Assembly: GCA_963699675.1 (NCBI GenBank)
Contig: CAVOUS010000008.1
Coordinates: forward strand, 1,126 to 65,125
DNA: 64,000 bases
Direction of reading: 5' to 3'
Source of the DNA: an uncultured Actinomycetota bacterium
GTDB lineage: Bacteria; Actinomycetota; Thermoleophilia; Solirubrobacterales; Solirubrobacteraceae
Shown: piece by piece, positions 42,718 through 51,993 of the stretch
How the letters are laid out: every line of letters starts with the position of its first letter
Numbering within the stretch: position 1 is the stretch's first letter
The notes under the pieces: model-generated
What the model saw: the letters and a program-made list of their open reading frames with translations, nothing else
The model's database searches: none
Told to the model about the DNA's origin: nothing
Translations under genes and position numbers: made by a program

Positions 42718-44070
42718 ATGACTGACCGCGCCTCCGCTGACACCCTGATCGCCATCGACCGCGTTGACCGAGCGCGCGGCGCCGGTGACGGGATCAGACT
42801 GCGGCTGAGTGGGCGCTGGCTCGGCTCGGGCCGCGTCGAGGAGCACGAGCCGCTGCTGGTCATCCAGCTGCAGGGCCGCCGCCATCGCTTCCCGGCCAAT
42901 CACGATGACGCGCCCGTCGGCTCGCGGCCCACCGGTTCATGGGAGGCGACCTTCACCGTGCCGCAGTGGGCCGAGCCCAGCCAGGACGGGCAGGCGGCGC
43001 TGTGGGTCGGCACCGACGTGGTTCCGGTCCCGTTGGCCGGGTCGACGAGCGCTGCCGTCCCGTCACCGGAGCCCGGCCCGCCCGCCGCCGCGGCGTCCCA
43101 GCGGCTCCCCGCGCCGCCCGCGCTCGGCGAGGCGCGAGCCTGGCCGTCCCCGCTGCCGCCCGGCGAGCGCTCGCCCGGCGACCCGGCCGAGGTCGCGGTC
43201 GACTCCGGGCGGCCCGGGCCGCTGGCCGAGCTGCTGTTCAAGGAGAGCGTCTCGGCGCTGCATGTCGAGCTCGAACAGCGTTCCGCCGAGGCGGCTCGGC
43301 TGCGGGGCGCCCTGTCCAACGCTCAATCAGAGCTCGAGGCCCGGACCGCGATGCAGGCCGCGCTCGAGTCCGCGCACACCGATCTGCGCGGCGAGCTCCA
43401 GGATCTGATGTCCGCGGTGACGGCCCAGCGCGACGACTTCGAGCGTCGCTTCGGTGACGTCGAGGCGCGTCTGGCGGCAGCCGAGTCCGAGCGAGACGCC
43501 GTGCGCGAGGAGCTCGAGTCCGAGCGTGCCGGCGCACGCCGGGAGCTCGAGTCGGTGCGTGCCGACGCGCGGCACGAGCTCGAGGCCGCGCGCGCTGACG
43601 CCGCGCGTGAGCTCGAGTCCGTGCGTGCCGATGCGCGGCGGGAGCTCGAGGCCGCGCGGGCCGTCGCCCAGCACGACGCGGAGGCCGAACGCGCGAGCGG
43701 ACGCAGCGAGCTCGAGGCTGAGCGGGCGCGGGCCGCCGAGCAGCTCGCCGAACTCACCGCCGCCCGCGATGCCGCCACCCGTGAGGTGGCCATCCTGAGC
43801 GAACGCGTCGCGGCGGTCACCGGCACCCACCAGCAGTACGCCGACGAGCTCGCCGCGCTGCGCGAGCAGCTCGCCACCGCCCAGGTATCACGCGAGGCCG
43901 CCGCCGGCGAGGTGGCCGGCCTGCGCGCCGAGCTGGACCGCCTCGGCAGTGAGCTGGCGGTGTCCCGCGAGCAGATGTCGGCCCAGGGGGGCGATCTCGG
44001 CGAGGCGCAACGGCTGCTCGCCGACGCCCGGGCCCTGACCGAGCAGCTGCGCGGGCAAAACCCGCAGTAA
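42718..44070 (+). CDS. Coiled-coil protein: N-terminal beta domain, Pro linker, long coiled coil
   Basis: IRLRLSGRW..PLLVIQLQGRRHRFPA..WEATFTVP head; A/E/R/L-rich rod to the C-terminus. Confidence 0.8.
   Translation: MTDRASADTLIAIDRVDRARGAGDGIRLRLSGRWLGSGRVEEHEPLLVIQLQGRRHRFPANHDDAPVGSRPTGSWEATFTVPQWAEPSQDGQAALWVGTDVVPVPLAGSTSAAVPSPEPGPPAAAASQRLPAPPALGEARAWPSPLPPGERSPGDPAEVAVDSGRPGPLAELLFKESVSALHVELEQRSAEAARLRGALSNAQSELEARTAMQAALESAHTDLRGELQDLMSAVTAQRDDFERRFGDVEARLAAAESERDAVREELESERAGARRELESVRADARHELEAARADAARELESVRADARRELEAARAVAQHDAEAERASGRSELEAERARAAEQLAELTAARDAATREVAILSERVAAVTGTHQQYADELAALREQLATAQVSREAAAGEVAGLRAELDRLGSELAVSREQMSAQGGDLGEAQRLLADARALTEQLRGQNPQ
43501..43731 (+). repeat. 33-bp (11-residue, hendecad) tandem repeats in the coiled coil
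   Basis: VREELESERAG ARRELESVRAD ARHELEAARAD AARELESVRAD ARRELEAARAV AQHDAEAERAS GRSELEAERAR. Confidence 0.85.
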
Positions 44071-44119
44071 GCGGAAACGGCGGCCGTGTCCGTCCGCCGA
44101 GCGACGTACCGTCGCGGCG

Positions 44120-46670
44120 ATGAGCGACTTGTCGGGGCCCTCCGCGGTCGGGATCGAGACGGTCGAGTGGTCGTCCGAGCCCGGAGGCAATCTCTCCGTC
44201 CGGATCACCGGTCGCTGGCGCCGGCGCCGACCGATCACCACGGGCCAGCCGACGCTCGTCATCGAGGCCGATGGCCGTCGTCACCGGTATCCGGCGATGC
44301 CCGAGCCGCCGAGCCTGGCCGGGACCGGACCCGGGCTGTGGCGCCTCAGCTTCACCGTGCCCGGCTGGATGGCGCCCGATCTCGGCCGCACCTGGCTTCA
44401 GTTCGGGACGGTGGTCGTGCCGCTGCCGGTGGCGGTCCCGGCGCCGGGGGAGCGGCAGCCGCCGGGCGAGCGGGAGCCGCCGGCCGAGCGGGAGCCGCCG
44501 GGGGATCGGCAGCCGAGGCAGACGGAGGCGGCCCCGGGGCAGCAGCAGCGCGAGCCCCCGCCGGCCGGAGTGACGCAGCTCGGGGCGTACGGTCCACGCG
44601 CGGGCGAGCCCGGGCGCGCCGCCGATGCCGGCTCGTCGCGGCCGCCGTCACCACCGCGTCTCGTGACGCCGGACAGCCGGCCCACCGAGGCCGGCACCAC
44701 CGTTTCCGAGCTCGCATCGAGAATGGCGGCGCTCGAGCGGGAGCTGCGCGCCGCCCGCGCCGGCCGGGACGAGCTGGCCGCGTCACTGGCGGACCGTGAC
44801 CGCAGCCGGCGGATCGCCGAGCAGCGGGCGCATGCCGAGCAGGCTCTGCGCCAGGATCTGGCGCGGCAGCTGAGCGTGAGCGCGCGTGAGGCCGAGCGCA
44901 GCCGCCAGGCGATGGGTGACCTGGCCGCCGCCGAGGAGCGGATCCGCGGCCTGGAGCGCGAACTGGACGGGGCCCGGCGTCGCAGCGACGAGGCCGAGCA
45001 GGTCGCCGCGGCGGCGGCCGTCGCCCGCGAGCGCGCCGACGCCGAGCGGACCCGCGCGCTCGAGGCCCTCGCGCAGCGAGCCGAGCCGGCCGCGGCCGAG
45101 ACCGCGCGGCTTCACTTCGAGGCGCAGCTGCGGGACCGCCGGGAGCAGGACGCGGTGTGGATCCCGGCCGAGCCGATCGCCGCCGCGCTCCCGCGCCCGC
45201 GCCGCCGCCGCCCGCCCCGGAATCGCTGCCCCCGGCCGTGATCGCACCGGCGCCGGGCGCCGGGAGCGACGGGCTCGTCACCACGCTTCGCCAGGAGCTC
45301 GCGTCCCGGACGCGAGCCGATGCCGCCGTCCGGGCTCGGCTGATCGACGCCGAGGCTCGCCTGGCGGCGCGGATCCTGCTCGAGCAACGCACCACCGACG
45401 CGCTGGCGCAGGTGCGGGGCGAGCTCGACACGCTGCGGGATGCCCTGGTCCGGGAGCGCGAGTTGCGCGGTGCCGCCGACCACCGCGCCGCCGAGCTCGA
45501 GCGCGAGCTGGAAGGCCAGCGGGCGCTATCCCGGGACGCGTACGACGCCATCGGAGAGCTGCGCGGGGCGCTCGAGCGTCTCGCCGCTCCCCAGCCGGAG
45601 GCAATCGAGCCGCCGGTGCCCGAACCGCCCCCGCCCGCGCCGCCCCCGCCCGCGCCGCCCCCGTCGCCCGCCGCCGCCGCCGCCCGCCGCCGCCCGTGCC
45701 CGCGCCGCCGCCGCCCGTGCCCGCGCCGCCGGTGCCCGCGCCGCCGGCGCCCCCGCCGGAGGGCGGTCTCGGCCAGTCCCTCGCGCGCCTGGCGCCGCCG
45801 GCGTCATCCGAGCAACCGCCGAGCGCGCTCGTGGAGCCGGCTCGTCTCAACGACGCGCTCACCCGCCTGCGAGGAACGATCGCGCCGCAGGAAGATCCGG
45901 CGCCCCCCGGCACGGCGGTGGCTCGGCCGCCCTCGCTGCTCGAGGCGCTCGGACGGCCGACGCTGGAGGGCCCGTTCCGCAAGCTGGTGCGCGCCGACGC
46001 CGACGCGGCCGGCCGGCTCGTGCTCGAGCTGCTGCCGCTGCAGCGGGTCGTCTACCCGCACTCGATCGCCTACGACCTCGTGGTCGGCGCCGGGCCGGGC
46101 CGGGGCTGCGTGTCGGTCACCGTGGCCAACGGCACGGCGACGATCGCGGTACAGAGCACCCCGCGCCCGCGGGAGAGCGTGGACTTCCAGGTCTACGGCG
46201 AGCCGGCCCGGATCGCGCGGCTGCTGACCGCCGGGCGCTGGCGCCGCCGGTTCAGCCGGCGCGTCGCCCGCGTGCGCGGCCGCCGGGAGGGCGTGGCGGC
46301 CCTGTCGGCACTGCTCGGAACCCCGCTCGATCTCAAGGCGCTGCACGAGGCGGGCGTGCGGCTCGACCCGGCCACCGCGTTCTGGCTGGTCGCCAGCATG
46401 ATCGACCCGGCGTGGACCGCGCGCGAGCGCTTCACGCTGGCCCACATCGGGTCCGAGACCGCCACCACCTACATGATCGTCAGCGACGGACGGCCGATCG
46501 AGGTGACTCGGACCGCCCCCGAGGGGCGGATCACGACGACGCTCAGCTGCACTTCGGATCAGCTCCTGGCCGTACTGTCCGGACAGCCGGTCAGCGGACT
46601 GACCGTCAGCGGTGACGGTGACGCGCTCACCTCGCTGCGCCAGTGGATCAAACACGCTCAGAGCGAGTAA
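44120..46670 (+). pseudogene. Paralogous coiled-coil protein with C-terminal alpha/beta (SCP2-like?) domains; two frameshifts (near 45190 and 45690) in Pro/GC-rich tracts
   Basis: Three protein-like segments in three frames (44120, 45157, 44886) join into one product; head VRITGRW..PTLVIEADGRRHRYPA..WRLSFTVP; TACCGT 7 nt before the ATG. Confidence 0.72.
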
Positions 46671-46739
46671 AACCGCCGGTGCCGAGCCCCGGGCGAGGCC
46701 GCGGCGTCCGGCCCGGCGCCTAACCTAGAACCAGCCGCC

Positions 46740-49700
46740 ATGACGCCCGCCTGCGCCCACCTCCACGTCCATTCCGAGTACTCGCTGCTGGACGGAGCGT
46801 GCAAGGTCGACGCCCTGGCGGCCCGGGCGGCGGACTTCGGCCAGCCCGCTCTGGGGCTGACCGATCACGGGGTGATGAACGGCTCGGTGGAGCTGTTCAC
46901 CGCGTGCCGCAAGCACGGGATCAAGCCGATCATCGGCTGCGAGGTGTACATCGTCGAGGACCACGCCCTCCGCGCCCCGGGACGGCTGGAGCGCTTCCAC
47001 CTGACGCTGCTGGCCGCCACCCCGACCGGTTACCGGAACCTGGTCAAGCTGTCTTCGGCCGGGTTCCTGGAGGGCTATCAGCGCGGGAAGCCGTCGGTTG
47101 ATATGGCGCAGCTCGCCGAGCACGGCGAGGGCCTGATCGCCCTCTCGGGCTGCCTGCAGTCGCGTTTCTGCCAGCACCTTGTCAATGACCGGCCCGACCA
47201 GGCCCGCGCCCATGCCCAGGTGCTGATGGATGCGGTCGGCGGCGACAACGTCTACTTCGAGGTCCAGAAGAACGGCCTTCCCATCCAGGACAAGTGCAAC
47301 GAGGAGATCGTCCGCATCGCCGGGGAGCTGGGACGCCCGCTCGTCGGGACCGGTGACGTGCACTACCTGCGGCGCGAGGATTACCACCACCACGCGGCGC
47401 TGCTGTGCGTGCAGACCAAGTCGACGCTCAGCCAGCCGAAGATCACCTTCGACACCAACGAGTTCTACCTGCGTTCCAGCCAGGAGATGGTCGACTCGTT
47501 CGCGGAGTGGCCGGAGGCGATCGCCACCACGCTGGAGATCGCCGAGCGCTGCGACGTCGAGCTGGAGCTCGGCCGCCAGCTGATCCCCCGGTACCCGACG
47601 CCGGACGGGACGGGGGAGGACCGCTACCTGCACGGGCTCGTCGACGAGGGCCTGCGTCAGCGCTACGGCGACCCGGTGCCGGCGGCCGCGCGCGAGCGCG
47701 CCGACTACGAGCTCGGTGTGATCGACCGGATGGGCTTCAACGCCTACTTCCTGATCGTCTGGGACTTCGTCAAGTACGCCAAGGACGCCGGCATCGCCGT
47801 CGGCCCGGGACGCGGCTCGGCGGCGGGCTCGATCGTCGCCTACTGCCTGCAGATCACCGACGTGGACCCGCTGCGCTATGACCTCCTGTTCGAGCGCTTC
47901 CTCAACCCCGAGCGGGTGTCGATGCCGGATATCGACATGGATTTCTCGGTGCGCGGCCGCGAGCGCGTGATCCGCTACGTCAGCGACAAGTACGGCAAGG
48001 AGGCCGTCGCCCAGATCGTCACCTTCGGCAAGATGTTCCCGCGCGCGGCGACGCGCGACGCCGCCCGGGTGCTCGGCCACGACTACGGCGTCGGAGACCG
48101 GCTGGCCAAGCTGATCCCCGATCCGATCATGGGCCGCTCACCGAGCTTCGAGGAGTGCCTGGCGCCCGGGCAGCCGCTGCGGGCCGAGGTGGACCGCGAC
48201 GGCATCGCCAAGTCGATCGTCGACGTCGCCCAGGGTCTCGAGGGGATCGTCCGCAACTCCTCCATCCACGCTGCCGCGGTGGTCATCTCCGACCGTCCGC
48301 TCACCGACATCCTGCCGCTGCAGATCGCCGACGCCGGCGCCGACGAGAACGGCGAGCGGGTGTTCCGCACCGTCACGCAGTTCTCGATGAAGCCGGTCGA
48401 GCAGCTCGGCCTGCTGAAGATGGACTTCCTCGGCCTGCGCAACCTCGACGTGATCGAGGACGCGCTCGACATCATCGAACGCTCTACCGGCGAGCGGCCG
48501 GACATGAGCACGCTGCCGCTCGACGACGCCAAGACGTACGAGATGATGGCTCGGGGCGACTCGATCGGGGTGTTCCAGTTCGAGTCCGAGGGGATGCGCG
48601 AGACGCTCAAGAAGACCGGGCCGACCGAGCTCGAGCACCTGATCGCGCTCAACGCGCTGTACCGCCCGGGCCCGATGGAGCAGATCCCCACCTACATCCG
48701 GGGCAAGCACAATCCCGACGCGGTCTCCTATCCCGACGACCGGTTGCGCCACCTTCTGGAGCCGACCAACGGCGTGGTCGTCTACCAGGAGCAGGCGATG
48801 CAGATCTCCAAGGAGATCGCCGGCTTCAGCGGCGCCAAGGCTGACGACCTGCGTAAGGCGATCGGCAAGAAGAACCGGGAGGCGATGGCCAAGCTCAAGC
48901 CCGAGTTCTTCGCCGGCTGCCGGGCGTCCGGGACGAGCGAGTCGGTGACCGAATGGCTGTGGACGACCAACGAGCGGTCCGCTGACTACAGCTTTAACAA
49001 GTCGCATTCTGCGTGTTACGCGCTGATCGCCTACCGGACCGCGTGGCTGAAGGCGAACTACCCGGCGGAGTTCATGGCGGCGCTGATCTCCTCGGTGATG
49101 GATACCAAGGACAAGGTTCCGTTCTTCGTCGCCCAGGCCGAGCAGATGGGGATCGCGATCCTCCCGCCCGATGTCAACCTGTCAGATCACGAGTTCGTGG
49201 TGGTCGACGGCAACATCCGCTTCGGGCTCGACGCGGTCAAGGGCGTTGGTTACCAGGCAGTCGAGGCGATCAAGCGCGCTCGCGAGGAGACCGATGCGGC
49301 CCATCCGACGCGGCGCCCGTTCACCAGCCTGTTCGACTTCTGCGAGCGCGTCGACAACCGCGCCGTCAACAAGAAGGCGATCGAGGCGCTGATCAAGTGC
49401 GGGGCGTTCACCTCCACCAGCGCCTCGCGCAAGGGCATGCTGATGGTGCTCGAGCAGGCCCAGGCTGCCGGTCAGAAGACCCAGCAGGATGCCATCATCG
49501 GCCAGGGATCGATCTTCGATCTGGCGCCACCCGCCGGTGATCTCGGCGGCCGCGGGGGACAGGATCCCAACGGCTCGGCGGCTGCGTTCACCGGCCCCAG
49601 CCACGCCCCGATCCCCGGTGACGAGTTCGATCGCTCGGAGATGCTCGCCGCCGAGAAGGAGTCGCTGGGCCTGTTCATCTCGGCGCACCCGCTCAAGGAC

Positions 49701-50342
49701 GTCGGGCCGGCCCTGCAGGCCAAGGCCGACAGCACCCTGGCCGAACTTCCCAACCGTCGCGACGGTGACTGGGTGACGATCGGCGGCATGGTCACCCAGG
49801 CCCGGAAGATCAAGACGCGCAAGGGCGATTGGATGATGTTCGCCACGCTCTACGACCTCGAGACGTCGGTGGAGATCGTCGTCTTCGGCAAGGTGCTGGA
49901 CGCCGCCGGCGACGCCCTGGAGACCGACTCGATCGTGCTCGTCCGCGGCAAGGTGGACCACAAGGACCGGGACACGACGTGCCTCATCGCGCAGCAGGTG
50001 GAGCGCTTCGAGCCCAGCGACGAGGAGGTCCTGAACGCCCAGGTGCAGGCCGCCAAGCCGGCCTTGGCGCCGAGCGCGCTGCGGCTGCGCCTCGACGCCA
50101 CGGCGCTGCCGATGTCAGTCCTGGGTGAGCTGAAGGAGCTGCTGACCGGCTTCCCCGGCGAGTCCGACGTCGTGATCGAGCTGCGCACCACCGTCGGCCA
50201 CCGCCGGCTGAAGCTCGGCCCCAGCTACCGGGTCGCACACAGTGCCAATCTCCACGCGGAGCTCGACGCGCTGCTGGGCGCCGCGCTGATGCCGGCGCCC
50301 GTCGCCGTCGCGCCGGAGCCGGAGCCCGCCGGCGTCTCCTAG
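46740..50342 (+). CDS. dnaE: DNA polymerase III alpha subunit
   Basis: HLHVHSEYSLLDG, TDHG, GPGRGSAAGS, LLFERFLNPERVSMPDIDMDF, LLKMDFLGL, YSFNKSH, OB fold; no intein-sized insertion. Confidence 0.99.
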   Translation: MTPACAHLHVHSEYSLLDGACKVDALAARAADFGQPALGLTDHGVMNGSVELFTACRKHGIKPIIGCEVYIVEDHALRAPGRLERFHLTLLAATPTGYRNLVKLSSAGFLEGYQRGKPSVDMAQLAEHGEGLIALSGCLQSRFCQHLVNDRPDQARAHAQVLMDAVGGDNVYFEVQKNGLPIQDKCNEEIVRIAGELGRPLVGTGDVHYLRREDYHHHAALLCVQTKSTLSQPKITFDTNEFYLRSSQEMVDSFAEWPEAIATTLEIAERCDVELELGRQLIPRYPTPDGTGEDRYLHGLVDEGLRQRYGDPVPAAARERADYELGVIDRMGFNAYFLIVWDFVKYAKDAGIAVGPGRGSAAGSIVAYCLQITDVDPLRYDLLFERFLNPERVSMPDIDMDFSVRGRERVIRYVSDKYGKEAVAQIVTFGKMFPRAATRDAARVLGHDYGVGDRLAKLIPDPIMGRSPSFEECLAPGQPLRAEVDRDGIAKSIVDVAQGLEGIVRNSSIHAAAVVISDRPLTDILPLQIADAGADENGERVFRTVTQFSMKPVEQLGLLKMDFLGLRNLDVIEDALDIIERSTGERPDMSTLPLDDAKTYEMMARGDSIGVFQFESEGMRETLKKTGPTELEHLIALNALYRPGPMEQIPTYIRGKHNPDAVSYPDDRLRHLLEPTNGVVVYQEQAMQISKEIAGFSGAKADDLRKAIGKKNREAMAKLKPEFFAGCRASGTSESVTEWLWTTNERSADYSFNKSHSACYALIAYRTAWLKANYPAEFMAALISSVMDTKDKVPFFVAQAEQMGIAILPPDVNLSDHEFVVVDGNIRFGLDAVKGVGYQAVEAIKRAREETDAAHPTRRPFTSLFDFCERVDNRAVNKKAIEALIKCGAFTSTSASRKGMLMVLEQAQAAGQKTQQDAIIGQGSIFDLAPPAGDLGGRGGQDPNGSAAAFTGPSHAPIPGDEFDRSEMLAAEKESLGLFISAHPLKDVGPALQAKADSTLAELPNRRDGDWVTIGGMVTQARKIKTRKGDWMMFATLYDLETSVEIVVFGKVLDAAGDALETDSIVLVRGKVDHKDRDTTCLIAQQVERFEPSDEEVLNAQVQAAKPALAPSALRLRLDATALPMSVLGELKELLTGFPGESDVVIELRTTVGHRRLKLGPSYRVAHSANLHAELDALLGAALMPAPVAVAPEPEPAGVS

Positions 50343-50511
50343 CGTCGCGCGCCGATCGGTGGGGCCAAAGCGGTGATCGTGGAGGACGACGGTCTCGTCG
50401 TCCCGGGGTCGTGAGCCGATCGCTGTCATCACGACTGCGCCACGGCGCGAGGATCGCCGCAGACGTCGAGGCCGTCGGCAACGGCAATCCACGGCGGATT
50501 GCCCGGGGTGA

Positions 50512-50919
50512 TCAGGACGACGGAGGGGTGATCAGCACGACGTCCGGGAAGTAGGTCTTTACGCGGGCCGGGTCGCGCGTGAGAAGCGTCAGCCCGGCCG
50601 CTTGAGCGTGCGCGCCGATAAAGAAGTCGGGCAGCGGAAGGGTGCGGGGGCCGCCTGCGCGACGGTAACGTCCGAACGCATCGGCGACCAGCCAGGCGCT
50701 GGCCCACGGTAGCGACAGCCGCTTGATCGCGGCGCCCTGGAGTGTGCGTTCAAGCTGCCCCTGGGTTGCGAAGCCCACCGCGACCTCGGCGTAGATGACT
50801 TGGTTGATGGCGACATCGCCGGCGTCGACTGCCGCGGCGAGATTCTCCTCGGACCATTGGCGCCAGGGCGATGGCGCCATGATATCGAGCAGCACGCTCG
50901 AATCGATCAGCGTGCTCAC
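50512..50919 (-). CDS. vapC: VapC/PIN-domain toxin
   Basis: LIDSSVLLD, INQVIYAEV, LPDFFIGAHA, LLTRD. Confidence 0.92.
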   Translation of the reverse strand: MSTLIDSSVLLDIMAPSPWRQWSEENLAAAVDAGDVAINQVIYAEVAVGFATQGQLERTLQGAAIKRLSLPWASAWLVADAFGRYRRAGGPRTLPLPDFFIGAHAQAAGLTLLTRDPARVKTYFPDVVLITPPSS

Positions 50920-51149
50920 GCCTGGTCGTCGCCGCGCGTGAGGCGCAGGACGGCGTCGGCGTCGAGCCCGCCGTCGGCTCGGTCGCGCAGCCGGGCCACG
51001 ACCTCGACTCCCCGAGTCCCCCGTGCGGCGGGGCGCACGAGCGCTCCGTCGTCGGTCGCGACCACATCCACCTCGGCGCCGGCACCCAGGCCGTAGCGCT
51101 CGCGCAACTCCAGCGGAATCGTGACTTGTCCTTTGGAGGTCATCCTCAT
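50916..51149 (-). CDS. AbrB/MazE-type antitoxin (VapB)
   Basis: MRMTSKGQVTIPLELRERYGL..G.EV; GTGA overlap with the toxin start. Confidence 0.92.
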   Translation of the reverse strand: MRMTSKGQVTIPLELRERYGLGAGAEVDVVATDDGALVRPAARGTRGVEVVARLRDRADGGLDADAVLRLTRGDDQA

Positions 51150-51154
51150 CGTAC

Positions 51155-51176
51155 GTAAGGATGGTACCAGTCTTAC
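51155..51176. promoter_or_regulatory. Palindromic operator of the toxin-antitoxin operon
   Basis: GTAAG-ga-TGGTACCA-gt-CTTAC (18 of 22 positions symmetric), covering a TACCAT hexamer on the minus strand. Confidence 0.7.
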
Positions 51177-51478
51177 CTCGCTGGCTTGTGAATAGCCCCG
51201 GACCACCGCCGGGCATTGCCGCGACCGCCCGCGGGCTGGAGACGGAGGACGGGCCGTCCGTTCAGGTACTGAACACTCGGGGGGGCCGGAACGCCTGTTG
51301 CCTTTCCGCCGCGGAGGCGCACAATATGCAGATCCTCGGGGGCCTCCGGGATCCATAGTTCTTTCAAGGAAGAAGGACCAATGGCACCACACGATGAGCA
51401 GGTTGGCCGACGGGTCCGGCTCGCAGGCTGGGGCAGCTCTGCGGACCGGATAAATCTCAGGATGGGGGCGGCGGGCAG

Positions 51479-51688
51479 ATGCTTGCCAAGACAGCGGTTG
51501 CGGTCGTGATGGTCGCGCTCGTCCAGGCTCCCGCACGGGTCGCCACCTCCGCGCTGTTCTTGCGACGCATGCGCCGCACGATGCCGGAGTTGTTCGACGG
51601 TGCGGCATGCAAGGCCGCGATCGCGGTCTGCCTGGACGAGTATCAACGAGAAGTCGTGAGCCGGGCACCACGGGTGGCGGCGCACTGA
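51479..51688 (+). CDS. Hypothetical protein; may be the 3' part of a frameshifted gene starting at ATG 51381
   Basis: Hydrophobic N-terminus; a strong GGAAGAAGG RBS precedes ATG 51381, which is in another frame. Confidence 0.3.
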   Translation: MLAKTAVAVVMVALVQAPARVATSALFLRRMRRTMPELFDGAACKAAIAVCLDEYQREVVSRAPRVAAH

Positions 51689-51733
51689 GCTCGGCAGCGG
51701 GGGATCCTGGGACGCGCTCCAGGATCCCTTGCG

Positions 51734-51901
51734 TCACTTGATGTGGAGGTTGATCCCCAGCAGCAGCAGGGGCCACAGCGCCACCGCCAGCACTGCGGAG
51801 ACCACCGGTTTCAGCGCGTTCACGTGCCGCAGATAGTGGTGCGATGACGCCACCAGGACTCCGACGATCAGCCAGATGATGCTGCTCAGGCTCAATCTCA
51901 C
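51734..51901 (-). CDS. 55-aa small membrane protein (below the ORF-track cutoff)
   Basis: MRLSLSSIIWLIVGVLVASSHHYLRHVNALKPVVSAVLAVALWPLLLLGINLHIK; two hydrophobic segments flanking HHY..H; AGGAG upstream. Confidence 0.72.
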   Translation of the reverse strand: MRLSLSSIIWLIVGVLVASSHHYLRHVNALKPVVSAVLAVALWPLLLLGINLHIK

Positions 51902-51993
51902 GTCGCTCGCTCCTGAGTTGGGCGGCTCACGGCGATAAAGCTACCCGGAAGCGCGGCGTAGCGTGAGTCCAAGCCGGCCTGGTGTGAGGCTGC

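Noticed and set aside
44450-44515. 18-bp repeats (ER[QE]PP[GA]) in the linker of the second coiled-coil gene
   Set aside because: Ordinary low-complexity linker expansion, three to four copies
46740-50342. Intein in dnaE
   Set aside because: Length (1200 aa) and motif order are normal; no intein splice motifs or insertion
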